Shown in pieces: positions 62,341 through 64,000 of a stretch of DNA of 64,000 bases. Source of the DNA: Orbicella franksi (Eukaryota). Position 1 is the stretch's first letter. Each line of letters starts with the position of its first letter. The stretch is taken from the NCBI GenBank assembly GCA_964199315.1, contig OZ116711.1, forward strand, positions 1,116,001 to 1,180,000, read 5' to 3'. The translations under genes and the position numbers were made by a program. A model generated the notes under the pieces. The model was not told the origin of the DNA, ran no database searches, and saw only the letters and a list, made by a program, of their open reading frames with translations.

Positions 62341-63200
62341 GTTGGAATGTGTGACGTGATTTTATGTACAATAGATGAGACTGCAGTTCATTTAAATTTT
62401 GTTTAAAACGCAATTTCATGTGTATATCAGTGAAAGAACTAAGTCCGGCAATACGTTTAAAAACAATCTCAATTTCGAACCGAAATACGAAAAACAGTCG
62501 CGTTGTGTTTAGCAAAAGAGGGTGAGAAATGTACAAAGATTTATAACGCACACACAGAAGTCATTGTTTTGCTCATTAAGCTTTTTCCCCAGATTATTCA
62601 TCAATTCCTTTATTTGTGTGGAAAAAAAATATCACCAAATAACGTAAAGATGTCCTTTTATACATAACGTTTTTGATGCGTATTGGAGGCGAAATTTATA
62701 GCGAATTTGGTCGCACTAGAATAGCGAAGGGCGCGAGAGACGTCATGACTCAGACAAACTCAGACAAAAGAAAAACGGAATGGTGGAAGATTTGACGCTT
62801 TTTCAAGCGCGTAAGCGAGTGCTCCTAAAACAATTTTTAAAACAAAAGTTTCGCGTTCATTTTCCTCCCGTTTCTCTAAGAAAACGCCTATGTTGTCTGA
62901 CTCCCGTGAGGTTCCAATAATTTGCATTCTATCTTTAGACTTCGCGCGCTTCATTATTGCAACTTCAAATCGTGCCTATCCTAACAAACAATAACTACAA
63001 CAATAGTTATAGTTAAAAAAAGTGTCTGCTGGAATGTGTGATACGATTTTATGTCCAGTGGATGAGACTGCAGTTTATTTAAATTTTATTTAAGACGCAA
63101 TTTTATGTGTATACCAGTTAAAGAGCTATTTCGGCAATATATGAAAAGACAATAAATTCGAGGTCGAAATACGAAAAATAGTCGCGTTGTGTTTAGCAGA
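62341..63200. repeat. Two diverged direct copies of a ~190-bp repeat (about 62341-62525 and 63028-63205)
   Basis: Both read tggaatgtgtga..gattttatgt..gatgagactgcagtt..tttaaatttt..acgcaattt..tgtgtata..cggcaata..cgaaatacgaaaaa.agtcgcgttgtgtttagca. Confidence 0.8.
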
Positions 63201-64000
63201 AGCGGCGTTGTGTGAAGCAGAAAGCGAGGAAATCTGTTGAGTGCATTCCACAGAAATTTTCTTAGATACAGCAACGATCAGAGGGGTAAACTCGACTGCA
63301 ATTTGTTTTGGCAATTTTTTTTTCTTTTGCAAGCTTTTTTTGCTTAAAATTGTGCGGCAAGAGAAACACAAGATCACTTACGCCGAGCTACAAACAACCA
63401 AACAAAACTCTCACAACTTCAAAATACTCAATTGAATTTACTTTAAGTGACTTTCCTTGCCATTCAAAAGTGAATAGAGATAAACTTACGTTGATTAATT
63501 GTCGATGGAAGTGTAAAAAGGGCAAAGGTTGTCAACGTTTTAGTGGTCAAAGGTTGACCATTACCGCTAGTTCACTCACGAAAATTGACCGACACGACAA
63601 TTTCACCCGCGCTGTTTCCCGCCGTTACCGCGACGGTCACCGTGATCAGAGATAGGAAAATCCGGACCGCGCTACGAACCAATCAGATTGCAGGATTAGT
63701 TACCTTGCCCTCTTGGGAAAAAATAACAAAGGAAATTGAATGACCACGTTTATTCATTTCTTTTGTGGGCGTCACTATCAAGCTGGATTTTTACAAGAAC
63801 TGTCTAATTTCTCACGCGCTGATTGGCCCATTTTTATCATCAATAAGAGTGATTTATGCAAGCTTTCAAGTTCAACTTTAAGCTGTCAAACTGTCAACTT
63901 TTTTAACCAATGAGATTTTATGGACTTTTTTGAGTAGCCAATCCAAAAGCGAGAAAAGCTATTGACAATGTTCTTTAATCTTTAATCTTTAATACAAATT

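Overview
AT-rich, intron-rich animal genomic DNA. It is most likely a scleractinian coral, inferred from the repeat content and the presence of a fungal-type histidine gene. Seven spliced protein-coding genes were reconstructed by hand from GT-AG boundaries with consistent phases: (1) a divergent beta-tubulin (+, exon 1 lies before the window); (2) SLC38A9, a lysosomal amino-acid transporter/sensor (-, 14 exons, 557 aa); (3) an unidentified long coiled-coil protein (-, at least 3 exons, 5' end unresolved); (4) YIPF1/2 (-, 12 exons, 306 aa); (5) an intact HIS4/his-3-type histidine biosynthesis trifunctional enzyme, HisI-HisE-HisD (+, 9 exons, ~874 aa), head-to-head with YIPF1; (6) FARSA (-, 13 exons, 500 aa); (7) RNF170 (+, 4 exons), head-to-head with FARSA. 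The rest is introns and intergenic DNA carrying MITEs, Kolobok-like TTAA elements, tRNA-derived SINEs and microsatellites. The standout is the histidine biosynthesis gene in an animal. Its ~210-aa N-terminal region appears to be a degenerate HisA/HisF-type barrel, and it has a ~130-bp shared promoter and an adjacent uORF. Reference-protein comparisons are from memory; no database search was run.
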